DNA of 64,000 nt from Clostridia bacterium (GTDB lineage Bacteria > Bacillota > Clostridia > Christensenellales > UBA1242). Location of the stretch: positions 163 through 64,162 of the forward strand of contig CAAGAO010000029.1 in NCBI GenBank assembly GCA_900767835.1, read 5' to 3'. The translations under genes and the position numbers were made by a program. The notes under the pieces were generated by a model. That model ran no database searches. It was not told the DNA's origin and saw nothing but the letters and a program-made list of their open reading frames with translations. The stretch's first letter is position 1. The number at the start of each line of letters is the position of its first letter. This document shows positions 52,277 through 62,337 of this stretch, one piece after another.

Positions 52277-53504
52277 ATTTGGTGGAACAAGTGTGTCAGA
52301 TACAATCTCCGCTAAAAACATAAAAAAAATAGTGTCATCTAACCCCAATAGGCATATTATTGTTTTTTCTGCAATAGGCAAAAATAAACAATATTTTAAA
52401 AAGGTTACAGACGAATTATATGAATGTTTTTTCATATACCAACAAAACAAATCAACATCAAAATCTTTACTTTTAAACATTTTCAATAAGTATAAACATT
52501 TAGCAAAAACACTAAATGTCAAGTTTGGTTTTAATAAAGAATTCAACCGTATTATTTCACTTATAAATCAAAACAAATTAACAAAGGAATATTTAGTATC
52601 AAGAGGCGAATATCTAAGTGCGTTGTTATTTTCAAAATATTTAGGTTTTAAATTTCTTGACGCATCAAAATACATAATTTTTAATAACAACGGAAAATTT
52701 AATTACGCATTAACAAAAGCAAGATTAAATACTTTAAACAAAAATAAAAAATATTGTATTGGCGGGTTTTATGGAGGAACAAAAAAGGGCGATATAAGAA
52801 TATTTCCACGAGGTGGTTCAGATATTACTGGTGCTATTATTGCAAAAGCACTCAATGCCGAAATTTACGAAAACTACACAGATGTGAACGGAGTATACAA
52901 TAAAAATCCTAACATTTTTAGTAATGCCGTACAACTCCCATTTTTAAATTACAAAACTGCCTACCAAATGGCAGATGCAGGCAATGAAGTTGTACATAAA
53001 ACAGCATTAAACTTTCTTAAAGATTCAAACACTGTTTTGATAGTAAAAAATACAAGAAATTCAAATTGTTTTGGAACTGTTTTGGTTTGTACAAATTATC
53101 TTTTTAACGATATTTATGTTTGTCTTTCAAATGCATATTTATTAGAAGTAAAAGAATTAGATAATTTAAAATTAGAAAAAATAAAGCAATATTCTAATGT
53201 AAAAAAAACAATATTTCACAACAGCAAATACTATGTAATTTTTGACGAATTGTATGTAAACAAAGAAAAACTTTTATCAATCAACTTGAAAGCAAGTTTA
53301 TATAATGCATATATGTTTACAATCTTTTGCAATAACAAATTTGATAAAAATCATATTAAAAAGTTAAAAATATTGCAAAAAAAGTTAAAAAACACCCAAA
53401 TTTTATCAAAATTCTTATCTTATAAGAATAATTTTATTGTTTTGTGTTTAAAGGAAAATTATAATAAAGTCGTGCAAGAACTAAACAAATATTTACAAAA
53501 ATAA
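52263..53504 (+). CDS. Aspartate kinase
   Basis: MIVCKFGGTSVSD N-terminus and the RGGSDITGAIIA motif. 413 aa. Overlaps the dapA 3' end by 14 nt. Confidence 0.8.
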   Translation: MIVCKFGGTSVSDTISAKNIKKIVSSNPNRHIIVFSAIGKNKQYFKKVTDELYECFFIYQQNKSTSKSLLLNIFNKYKHLAKTLNVKFGFNKEFNRIISLINQNKLTKEYLVSRGEYLSALLFSKYLGFKFLDASKYIIFNNNGKFNYALTKARLNTLNKNKKYCIGGFYGGTKKGDIRIFPRGGSDITGAIIAKALNAEIYENYTDVNGVYNKNPNIFSNAVQLPFLNYKTAYQMADAGNEVVHKTALNFLKDSNTVLIVKNTRNSNCFGTVLVCTNYLFNDIYVCLSNAYLLEVKELDNLKLEKIKQYSNVKKTIFHNSKYYVIFDELYVNKEKLLSINLKASLYNAYMFTIFCNNKFDKNHIKKLKILQKKLKNTQILSKFLSYKNNFIVLCLKENYNKVVQELNKYLQK

Positions 53505-53572
53505 TTCATTATGGTAAAATATTTCTAAGTTTATATAGGCAAATTATAAAAGCCTTTATGATTGGAGATATT

Positions 53573-54457
53573 ATGAAGAATTTATTGGTCGTTTTTAATG
53601 AAAGTATTCCAGATGAAGTTTTTAAAGAAAAAAATGCACACTTAATAGAGGTCGCAAAAAAATACAATGTTGACATAACATTTAAAAGCAATTCTGAAAT
53701 TTTTACATTTTTAAATACAAACTCGGTTAAATCTTTTGGTGGCAATTTAAATTACGATTGTTGTTTATTTTTTGACCATGATACATACCTTGCAAAAAGC
53801 CTTGAAATGCTTGGAATGAGAGTAATTAATAGCAGTTATGCTTTCTTGTTGTGTGAAAATAAAGCACATATGTATCAACAAATGATAACTAAACACATAA
53901 GTATACCTAGAACTTTTATATTACCAGAGCAGAACACATATACTCGTCAAGGAATTGAAACTTTTGTTGAAGAAGCCGTTAGAGAACTATCTTTCCCAAT
54001 GGTAGTAAAAATGTGGTACGGTTCATCAGGAGAAGGAGTTTACCTAGTAAAACGAAAAGACGACCTTTTTGCTGTCATAGATAAATTTAAAGGAAAAAAC
54101 ATTCTTCTTCAAGAATATATTGCAGAATCAGCAGGAACAGATGTCCGCTTGTTTGTAATTAAAGATAAAGTTATGTGTGCCATTCGTCGTGAAAGTGCTG
54201 ACGGGAACTTTAGGTCCAACGCCTCACTTGGCGGTAAATTATCACCATATGTTCCAACCGTTATTGAAAACAAATTGGCCATTGATGCAACAAAAGCAAT
54301 GGGTTGCGATTTTGCAGTAGTAGATATGCTAAAAGGTGTTACAGGCTCTCTTGTGTGCGAAGTAAATGCGACAGCAAATATCAGCAATTTTTACAAAACC
54401 ACCCAAATTGACGTTTTTGAAAGTTTGATTAGGCTTTGCTTAAATAAAAAAATTTAA
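53573..54457 (+). CDS. RimK-family ATP-grasp ligase
   Basis: ATP-grasp blocks PMVVKMWYGSSGEGVYLV, LLQEYI, DVRLFVI, NASLGG and CEVNA. GGAGA ribosome-binding site before the ATG at 53573. Confidence 0.75.
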   Translation: MKNLLVVFNESIPDEVFKEKNAHLIEVAKKYNVDITFKSNSEIFTFLNTNSVKSFGGNLNYDCCLFFDHDTYLAKSLEMLGMRVINSSYAFLLCENKAHMYQQMITKHISIPRTFILPEQNTYTRQGIETFVEEAVRELSFPMVVKMWYGSSGEGVYLVKRKDDLFAVIDKFKGKNILLQEYIAESAGTDVRLFVIKDKVMCAIRRESADGNFRSNASLGGKLSPYVPTVIENKLAIDATKAMGCDFAVVDMLKGVTGSLVCEVNATANISNFYKTTQIDVFESLIRLCLNKKI

Positions 54458-54620
54458 CAATTCAATCTTATACTTATAAGCAAAAATATTTGAAACATAG
54501 ATTTTGTTTGTAATGAATATTAGAAAACACTAAATTTTGTTCGCGTTGTTACTATATCTTTTAAAAAATATGCTTCAATTTTTATCTAATTGAAGCATAT
54601 TTTATTTATTCTTAGTTTTA

Positions 54621-55247
54621 TTATAATAATTCTTCGAGTTTTTTCTTTGTTCTTGAAATAGCATTATCAACCGATTTTGTTGTGTCACCTATTTTTTCCG
54701 CAATTTGTGCATAAGAAAGACCATTTAAATACAAAACAAGAACTTTTTTCTCTTTTATTGACAAATTTTCGTTTATTATTCTATTTATCTCATTTTTTTG
54801 TTCCTCAGCCAAAAGTGCATCTTCTGGATCCAATATGTTTGATGGAACATACAAACTGACGTCTTCATCATCTAAATCTTTTCCATCCAAAAGTACCGAG
54901 CCTTGATTTGAAAGCGATAAACTTTCATTCAACATTTTATTTTTTAACCTATTCGCTTTTTTGACTGCCGACTGTACCGCCCTAGTTATACATAAAGTTG
55001 CAAATGATTTAAAACTTGCACCATTATCTGTATATGTTCTACAAGCACTATACAAACCAAGCATTGCTTCTTGCAAGATGTCTTCACTTTCTGCACCAAC
55101 CAAAAAATAAGAACGCGCAATTTTGCTTGCAAGTGATTTATATTTTTCCAACAAAAAATCTAGTGCGTTTTCGTCACCACTTTTGTACAATAATAAAATT
55201 TGTTCATCAGTTAAAGAATTATACATATTTTTTACTTTTTTATCCAC
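54621..55247 (-). CDS. sigH: RNA polymerase sigma factor, SigH-like
   Basis: ARSYFLVGAESEDILQEAMLGLYSACRTY...SFKSFATLCITRAVQSAVK closely parallels the region 2 block I recall for B. subtilis SigH. A region 4 HTH is at the C-terminus. Confidence 0.7.
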   Translation of the reverse strand: MDKKVKNMYNSLTDEQILLLYKSGDENALDFLLEKYKSLASKIARSYFLVGAESEDILQEAMLGLYSACRTYTDNGASFKSFATLCITRAVQSAVKKANRLKNKMLNESLSLSNQGSVLLDGKDLDDEDVSLYVPSNILDPEDALLAEEQKNEINRIINENLSIKEKKVLVLYLNGLSYAQIAEKIGDTTKSVDNAISRTKKKLEELL

Positions 55248-55318
55248 AAGTTGAATTGCTTTAAAATTTTAATAATCATCAAACTATTATTTGATTCTCG
55301 ACTTCTAAATTATAACCT

Positions 55319-58300
55319 TTAACTTAAAGGTTCAAAAGCAACTTTAAATTCATCTTTTATTATTTGCTTTCCTTTGCCAGCGCGATTATCATATGGAATA
55401 TATTTTGACTTGATTAACTCTACTTTTCCATCCTTATAAACAGCGACATCTGGAGGAACAACACCAAATGATACAAATGCGACATTACCAGTGTTAGCAC
55501 CAGTAATTCTCAAACCTTTACGATTTCTACTAGACAAATCATATTCGCCAATAGATACATTTTTAATATATCCCTTATCAGTTAGTACAGTCACAGCTCC
55601 ACTCTTTTTTACTTGCAACACATTGATAATGGTTGTATCATCAAGAGCCATTGCCTTCACTCCAGCAGTCATTCTTCCACTAGGTTCTAAATCATCTGCA
55701 ATATTAACCGCCATACCATTTTTTGCAACTAAAAGCAAACTAAATCTTGTATCGCTCTCACCAGCAAATACAACCATGTCTTTATCTTTTAGTTTTATGC
55801 CAGCAAACACATTTTTTGCAATAATATATTCACTTAGTGGCGATTTTTTAATCATTCCGCTTGCAGTAACAAACACTATATTTGTGCTTGCAAGTTCAAA
55901 ATCTTCTTTTGCCAAACTTACAATATTTATTGGGTATTCGTCATGAAGAATGTTTTTATCCAGCTTTTGTAAATCAGTTCCGCGTTCACGCCATTTTGCT
56001 TCTGGTATATTATCTACCAAGGTTTTTAACACATTACCTTTGTTTGTAAAGATTAAAACCCTATCGGTTGATTTTGCCTTTAAAAGTTTTATGTGAACTT
56101 CATTCAAACCTGAATTTTCGCCTAATTCCCTAACCGCCAAATTATAGTTTTTTATAGGAATAGCTTTTATTGTTTTATTTGCTGTTATTGCAAGCATATA
56201 ATCACGGACAACAACTTCTTGTGGTTCATCAACTGTTTCACTTTCTAGTGTGTTAGGGTCTAAAAGTTTTGTACGCCTTGGAGATTTATATGTCTTTTTA
56301 ATTTCTAATATCTCTTTTTTAACAACTTCATACTGTTTAGCCTTTGAAACATAAATTGCTGTTAATTCTTCAATTTTAATTTTTAATTCCGCTAGTTCTT
56401 GTTTGATTTTATATACTTCCAAATTAACCAAACGAGATAATTTCATTTCTAGTATTGCAGTTGCTTGTTTGTCTGAAAGCAAAAATCTCTCTTTTAGTTT
56501 TTGTTTTGCAATAGATACCGACTCTGATTTCTTAATGATTTTAATAACTTCATCAATATTTTGAATAGCAATCAATAAGCCTTCTAAAATATGGGCTCTT
56601 TCTTTACATGCATCAAGGTCAAATTTAGTTCTTCTATAAATTACTTGCCTTTGATATTCAACATAATATGAAATTATTTCAAGCAAACTCATTTGTTTAG
56701 GTTTTCCGCCAGCAATGGCAACCATATTTATACCAAAAGTTATTTGTAGGTTTGTTGCTTTATACAAAAAGTCTAAAATTGCTTTCGCATTTGCATCTTT
56801 TTTTAGGCGAATAACCGCTCTGATTCCGTTACGGTCAGACTCATCTCTTATCTCTTGAATAGCCGATAATTTATCTTTGTTTTCTTCTTTTAGTTGTGCA
56901 ATTTTTTGAAGTAGTTGTGCTTTGTTTATTTGATAAGGAATATCAGTGATTATGATATTTTGTTTGTCGCCTTGGGTTTCTATTTCGGTATTGGCTCTTA
57001 TAGTAATTTTCCCTTTGCCTGTTTCATATGCTTGTTTTAATTCGTCCCCAGCAATTATGCTTGCACCAGTTGGGAAATCTGGACCTTTAATATATTTCAT
57101 TAGTCCTTTGGTGTCGATTGATGGTTTATCTATATATGCAACAACTGCGTCAATAACTTCAGCCAAGTTGTGAGGCGGAATGTTGGTCGCAACACCAACT
57201 GCTATACCATACGCGCCATTAACTAAAAGGTTTGGAAATCTACCAGGGAGAGTGTCTGGTTCTTTTAACCTATCATCAAAGTTCAAACTCCAATGTACAG
57301 TGTCTTTATCTATATCACGCAAAAGTTCGCAAGCCAAATCTTTTAACTTCATTTCAGTATAACGATACGCAGCAGCGCCATCACCGTCAATAGAACCGAA
57401 GTTGCCATGGCCATCAATAAGTGGTTCTCTTAAAGAAAAGTCTTGTGCCATACGAACGGCAGCATCGTAAACTGATGAGTCGCCATGTGGGTGATATTTA
57501 CCTAAACATTCCCCAACCACTGTTGCTGATTTACGATATGGTTTGTCTGGCAAAAGCCCCATATCATACATAGCATATAGTATTCTTCTTTGAACTGGTT
57601 TTAACCCGTCTTCAACTCTTGGCAAGGCTCTGTCCATAACTACGTGTTCTGTGTATGGAATCATACTTTCATGCAAGACATCTTCAAGTGGTTTATAAAT
57701 AATATTGCCACCCACAAAACTCATTTGTTCATTATTTGCCATTGTAACTCTCTCCCTTTTTTGTACCTTACTTATATCCTCGTTATACTTTAAAAATGTC
57801 TGGTATATTTCGTCCGCTTTTTGGTCGTCTAAATTTTCTTGTAATTGTTCTTTTGAAATTAAATCTTTTATATCGTTATTATTCTTAAATTTTTCACTTT
57901 GTTCTTGCTTGGTTTTTGTATATTTTTCTTTTGAAAAAATATTTTCTTGATTATTTCCAATTTCATCATTTGATTTATTTATTTTGATAAAATTATCTTC
58001 TTTATTATTAGTATTAAAATTATCAATTAGTAAATTGGGATTCTCCCCGTTTTTACCTTTATATTCAAAGGAATTTTCATCTTCTATTTTATTATTTTTC
58101 CCTTTTATGTTTTCTGTAATAATTTCATTATTATTTATTTCTTTATAATTATTAATTATATTTTTATTTTGATTTTCTATAATATTTAATGAATAATCAT
58201 TGTGTGTTTTTTGAGTATTTTCGCTATTATTTTTTTGTTTAGTTTTTTGATTTTTTTGTTTGGTTTTTTGAGTGTTTAAAAACTCATCAAATCCCAGTTG

Positions 58301-58459
58301 CCCAGAAAGCGGAGTGTTATCAATAATCTCGCTTTCACAAGTTGGCAACGGTTCTAATTCATCATAACACATCTGCCCAAGAAGTATACCTGGGTCCTCA
58401 ACTTTTTCCTCATCATCAATCATAATTTTTTTCACTTTACTAACATTTTTTATGGCCAA
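55319..58459 (-). CDS. parC: Type IIA topoisomerase subunit A, ParC-like, with a 239-codon low-complexity N-terminal extension (canonical start candidate at 57742)
   Basis: [29 protein letters not shown] and AAAYRYTE (catalytic Tyr). The C-terminal domain lacks a QRRGGKG GyrA box and has the ParC-like block FTNKGNV...[19 protein letters not shown] lies 5 nt before the ATG at 57742. The ORF-track start at 58459 is TTG with no ribosome-binding site. Confidence 0.75.
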   Translation of the reverse strand: MAIKNVSKVKKIMIDDEEKVEDPGILLGQMCYDELEPLPTCESEIIDNTPLSGQLGFDEFLNTQKTKQKNQKTKQKNNSENTQKTHNDYSLNIIENQNKNIINNYKEINNNEIITENIKGKNNKIEDENSFEYKGKNGENPNLLIDNFNTNNKEDNFIKINKSNDEIGNNQENIFSKEKYTKTKQEQSEKFKNNNDIKDLISKEQLQENLDDQKADEIYQTFLKYNEDISKVQKRERVTMANNEQMSFVGGNIIYKPLEDVLHESMIPYTEHVVMDRALPRVEDGLKPVQRRILYAMYDMGLLPDKPYRKSATVVGECLGKYHPHGDSSVYDAAVRMAQDFSLREPLIDGHGNFGSIDGDGAAAYRYTEMKLKDLACELLRDIDKDTVHWSLNFDDRLKEPDTLPGRFPNLLVNGAYGIAVGVATNIPPHNLAEVIDAVVAYIDKPSIDTKGLMKYIKGPDFPTGASIIAGDELKQAYETGKGKITIRANTEIETQGDKQNIIITDIPYQINKAQLLQKIAQLKEENKDKLSAIQEIRDESDRNGIRAVIRLKKDANAKAILDFLYKATNLQITFGINMVAIAGGKPKQMSLLEIISYYVEYQRQVIYRRTKFDLDACKERAHILEGLLIAIQNIDEVIKIIKKSESVSIAKQKLKERFLLSDKQATAILEMKLSRLVNLEVYKIKQELAELKIKIEELTAIYVSKAKQYEVVKKEILEIKKTYKSPRRTKLLDPNTLESETVDEPQEVVVRDYMLAITANKTIKAIPIKNYNLAVRELGENSGLNEVHIKLLKAKSTDRVLIFTNKGNVLKTLVDNIPEAKWRERGTDLQKLDKNILHDEYPINIVSLAKEDFELASTNIVFVTASGMIKKSPLSEYIIAKNVFAGIKLKDKDMVVFAGESDTRFSLLLVAKNGMAVNIADDLEPSGRMTAGVKAMALDDTTIINVLQVKKSGAVTVLTDKGYIKNVSIGEYDLSSRNRKGLRITGANTGNVAFVSFGVVPPDVAVYKDGKVELIKSKYIPYDNRAGKGKQIIKDEFKVAFEPLS

Positions 58460-58544
58460 ATTTTAAAAACTATATTAAAATTTATATAAACGTACCAAGA
58501 GCGTCTTTGCTGATTTATTTTTAATATTTTTGTTTTAAATTTAA

Positions 58545-60494
58545 TTATTTTTTTAAACCATACTCTTCTGCAAAACTATCTAAACGGTTAAAGTTTGCAT
58601 GTTCGGCAATGTATTCTTTTCTTGCATCAATATTGTCACCCATCCAAACAGTTACCATTTTTTCGGCTTGTGCTACATCATCTATTGTCACTTGCATAAG
58701 TGTTCGCTTATCTGGGTCCATAGTTGTTTCCCATAGTTGTTCTGGGTTCATTTCTCCAAGACCTTTATATCTTTGAATGCTATATCCTTTACCGCAACGA
58801 TTTATTGCCTCTGGAAGTTCCCTATCCGAATAAACATATTCTGTGTAATCTTTTTTATATACCTTATAAAGTGGTGGTAAACCAACATATACATGTCCGT
58901 TCGTGATTAAACCACGCATATATCTATAGAAGAAGGTTAAAAGAATACTTCTAATATGCATACCATCTTGGTCAGCATCGGACAAAATTATAACTTTGCC
59001 ATAACGCAAAGTATCAATATTAAAATCTTCTTGAATACCGGTTTCAAGTGCAGAAATTATAGTTTGTATTTCTTCATTTGCAAGCACTTGGTCTATGCGT
59101 TTTTTCTCTGCATTTAATGGCTTACCACGAAGTGGCAAAATTGCTTGGGTTTTACGGTCACGCCCCATTTTTGCAGAACCACCTGCCGAATCGCCCTCAA
59201 CTATAAACAACTCGCACAATTCGCTTTTTCTACTTGTGCAAGACGCAAGTTTACCAACCAAATTAAAATTATCAGCACTATTTTTTGCCCTTGTTATCTC
59301 TTTTGCGTGTTTTGCCGCTTCACGAGATTTTGCAGCACCTTTCGCTTTATTGATAATTACATCAGCAATTTTTTCATTTGTTTTATCTTTAAAGAACTTA
59401 GTAAGTTCTCTTGTGGTTATGGCATCAAGTTCGGTCTTTGCTTCCGGATTGCCTAGTTTTGTTTTAGTTTGACCTTCGAATTGGACACTTTTCATTTTTA
59501 CAGCAATAATAACCGTTAACCCTTCGCGATAATCATCACCTAATAAATTCGCATCTTTTTCTTTTAAATAACCATTATTTCTCGCATAATCATTTAGCAC
59601 TTTTGTTAGTGCCGTTTTAAAACCTACTTCATGCGTACCGCCTTCAGTGGTTGGAATGTTATTGACAAAACTGAAACAATTTTCAGTATATCCGTCAGTG
59701 TACTCCAAAGCACATTCGGCTTTTAAAATATCCGTTTCGGCACTGAAATATATTGGAGTGCTAAAAAGACGATTTTTGCCTTTATCTATATATGTTAAAA
59801 AGTCTTTAATTCCACCTTCGTAATGATAACTAACTCGGTCACCTGTTCTTAAGTCTGTAAGTTCAATTTTTAAGCCTTTATTTAAAAATGCTAATTCTTC
59901 TATCCTTTTTGCAATTATACCAAAATCAAAAGTCAAATCGCCAAAGACTCTACTATCAGGCAAGAAACTTACAGTTGTTCCGCGTTCGGTAGTATCTCCA
60001 ATTTCCCTTAATGGTGCTTTAGGCATACCACTTTTAATTTTACCATTTGGTGCAACATAGGACTCAAACTCCATATAATACTTTTTCTTGTTTTTGCAAA
60101 CTGTTACATTAAGCCAACGTGAAAGAGCATTTGTTACCGAAGCACCAACACCATGCAAACCACCAGAATAAGAATAGTTAGAGTTGTTAAATTTACCACC
60201 TGCGTGAAGTTCGGTAAATACAACTTGCACTGCACTTACGTGTGCGGTTGGGTGAATGTCAACCGGAATACCACGACCATTATCGGTTACGGTTGCACTA
60301 CCATCTTTATTTATTGTAATGGTAATTTTATCGCCAAATCCATTTGCAATTTCGTCAATCGCATTATCCACAATTTCCCAAAGTAAATGATGTAGACCTT
60401 TAAGCCCAGTTGTGCCAATATACATACCGGGACGAAGCCTAACAGCATCTAACCCTTCCAATACGACAATATCTTTTGCTTCATAATTAGACAT
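58545..60494 (-). CDS. parE: Type IIA topoisomerase subunit B (ParE/GyrB family)
   Basis: VLEGLDAVRLRPGMYIG and LHHLLWEIVDNAIDE (GHKL). Toprim EGDSAGG and PLRGK. 649 aa. Immediately upstream of the ParC-like gene. Confidence 0.8.
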   Translation of the reverse strand: MSNYEAKDIVVLEGLDAVRLRPGMYIGTTGLKGLHHLLWEIVDNAIDEIANGFGDKITITINKDGSATVTDNGRGIPVDIHPTAHVSAVQVVFTELHAGGKFNNSNYSYSGGLHGVGASVTNALSRWLNVTVCKNKKKYYMEFESYVAPNGKIKSGMPKAPLREIGDTTERGTTVSFLPDSRVFGDLTFDFGIIAKRIEELAFLNKGLKIELTDLRTGDRVSYHYEGGIKDFLTYIDKGKNRLFSTPIYFSAETDILKAECALEYTDGYTENCFSFVNNIPTTEGGTHEVGFKTALTKVLNDYARNNGYLKEKDANLLGDDYREGLTVIIAVKMKSVQFEGQTKTKLGNPEAKTELDAITTRELTKFFKDKTNEKIADVIINKAKGAAKSREAAKHAKEITRAKNSADNFNLVGKLASCTSRKSELCELFIVEGDSAGGSAKMGRDRKTQAILPLRGKPLNAEKKRIDQVLANEEIQTIISALETGIQEDFNIDTLRYGKVIILSDADQDGMHIRSILLTFFYRYMRGLITNGHVYVGLPPLYKVYKKDYTEYVYSDRELPEAINRCGKGYSIQRYKGLGEMNPEQLWETTMDPDKRTLMQVTIDDVAQAEKMVTVWMGDNIDARKEYIAEHANFNRLDSFAEEYGLKK

Positions 60495-60703
60495 AATAAA
60501 TTCCTTTAAACATAATAATTAATTTTATTATACTACAAATGTAAAATATTTTTCAACCTAAATTTGATATTGATTTTTAGCGAAAAATATGTTACGATTA
60601 AAATATAGAATAGACAAGATAAATCATATTTATTCTTAATTTAAAATGCGACTTTTGTTTTTAAAGAAATAATTTTGCGAACAAAAAAATAAAGGAGAAA
60701 ATT

Positions 60704-61024
60704 ATGACCGAAAAAGAATATTTTAATACATTAGAAAATTATACAAATCGCAGAGACACTTTAATTCTCAAACATTTTGGTAATAATTTTTTGCAAAAAT
60801 ATATGGACGCAAGCGAACGAGAATGGTACAAAAAAAATATTGCACCGCTTGATTCAAAAATTTTACAACTAGCAAATGAAATCTCAAAAAAATTTAATTT
60901 CAACAAAACCTATTCAAAACTCGCAGAAGTTTATAAAGACCCTGTAATCACTTCATGGTATGTTAAATTTAAAGTAGAAAAAATGAAAAGACTTCAAAAC
61001 CAAAACTTACCAAATAAACAATAA
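60704..61024 (+). CDS. Hypothetical protein (106 aa)
   Basis: AAAGGAGAAAATT-ATG ribosome-binding site. A terminator hairpin AAAAGATGC..GCATCTTTT lies at 61064..61090. Confidence 0.55.
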   Translation: MTEKEYFNTLENYTNRRDTLILKHFGNNFLQKYMDASEREWYKKNIAPLDSKILQLANEISKKFNFNKTYSKLAEVYKDPVITSWYVKFKVEKMKRLQNQNLPNKQ

Positions 61025-61092
61025 CCTTACAATAAAGACTTATTATTCAAAAAAATATAACCCCAAAAGATGCTATATGCATCTTTTTTGTA

Positions 61093-61317
61093 GCAAAAAA
61101 ACACCCTTAAGGGTGCTTTAATGGTTGCTCGATTTTGAACTTGCTTGGCGTGATTATATGGTTTCTTTAAACCATATATCCCTTCGATCGCAAAAAAAGC
61201 ACCCTTAAGGGTGCTTTAATGGTTGCTTGATTTTGAACTTGCTTGGCGTGATTATATGGTTTCTTTAAACCATATATCCCTTCGGTCGCAAAAAAAGCAC
61301 CTTTAAGGGTGCTTTAA
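61093..61317. repeat. Tandem ~98-bp repeat (2 full units + partial), each unit = terminator hairpin + degenerate tRNA 3' end + second hairpin
   Basis: Units at 61093-61189 and 61190-61287 differ by 2 substitutions and 1 indel. The third unit runs into the tRNA-fMet fragment. TGGTTGCT[C/T]GATTTTGAACTTGC is a decayed version of TGGTTGCGGGGGCAGGATTTGAACTTGC. Confidence 0.8.
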
Positions 61318-61367
61318 TGGTTGCGGGGGCAGGATTTGAACTTGCGACCTTCGGGTTATGAGCCCGA
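61318..61367 (-). other. 3' portion (positions about 27-76) of an initiator tRNA-fMet (CAU): att site remnant
   Basis: The reverse complement is TCGGG-CTCATAA-CCCGA-AGGTC-GCAAG-TTCAAAT-CCTGC-CCCCGCA-ACCA. It shows the three G-C pairs closing the anticodon stem and the CCCCGCAACCA end typical of bacterial tRNA-fMet. No D-arm or 5' acceptor follows. Confidence 0.75.
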
Positions 61368-62031
61368 TAGTCACCCCAATCAATGCCTTTATTTTAAAGA
61401 CATTTACAAATTACTACCCAGAACACTACCCAAAAAAATTTTAATTTTTGATACACTTTTTAAAATAATTATAATATAAAAATCACTAGCAATTTGTTAG
61501 TGATTTTTATTATATTTTTAAACCGCAAAAATATTGTAAAAATCGTGTTTTTTGATAGTTTATAAAATTAGTATACAATATGTAGTGGCATTAAACAATA
61601 ATAAATAGTGTTTAGTACACAATATATTGATTTTTAACAAAAAATATGCTCGTAGAGAGTACGGATTTTGCGAATAGATTAACGAAAATAAAGGGATTGA
61701 GGGCTCTTTTTCACTTTTTTTACCCCATTTGTTTCTATAGTATGAACACAACGCAAAACCGCGGGCTAAAGCCCGCTGTTTTGTATATTTTGGTCGATAA
61801 TAAGTTAATAAAAAACGCAACGCTAACGCGCGGACAAGTCCGCACATCAGTGTTGCGTTTTTAATATATCATTTGCAAGCTTATTACAGCGAGGACAAAT
61901 TGCTGAAGCAATTTGCAACCGTGAATTTCGCACCTGCGACAATTCCCTCGCTACCAGCCACGCAAATTTTGAAAGCAATTGCAAGAAGCAAAACAAAAAT
62001 TTGCTATTCAAAAGCCATACTTTCTATCAAT

Positions 62032-62337
62032 TTAAGAAATATCGTTATCTTTATTATCATCACAAGCCCTACCCTCTACTTTCCTAGACTTATTTTTCTT
62101 AAAAAGATAATAAGGAAATAAAAACACTGTTTTAAGTCCTCTACCAAGTTTCGTAAAAATTGATGTGCGAGGAACCTTAAAAAAAATATTGAAAAAATAA
62201 TGTGAGCAAACTTCAACTTTATAACTATGCGGTTCGGCATATTTGCAGTAAAAAATTCTTTTACCATTCTTATCAAGTTTGCCAAAACGACATCTGCTAC
62301 AATACTCACATAAGTTTACATTAAATTCATTCTTCAT
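62032..62337 (-). CDS. Small Cys-rich (zinc-ribbon-like) protein
   Basis: CEYCSRC...YCKY...C spacing in the first 45 residues. Overlaps the stop of the upstream gene by 11 nt. Weak call. Confidence 0.35.
   Translation of the reverse strand: MKNEFNVNLCEYCSRCRFGKLDKNGKRIFYCKYAEPHSYKVEVCSHYFFNIFFKVPRTSIFTKLGRGLKTVFLFPYYLFKKNKSRKVEGRACDDNKDNDIS

Noticed and set aside
55319-57741. Annotating the A subunit as GyrA
   Set aside because: No GyrA box (QRRGGKG-like) is present in the first blade of the C-terminal domain. The FTNKGNV...[10 protein letters not shown] block resembles Gram-positive ParC. This remains a by-eye call and needs phylogeny.
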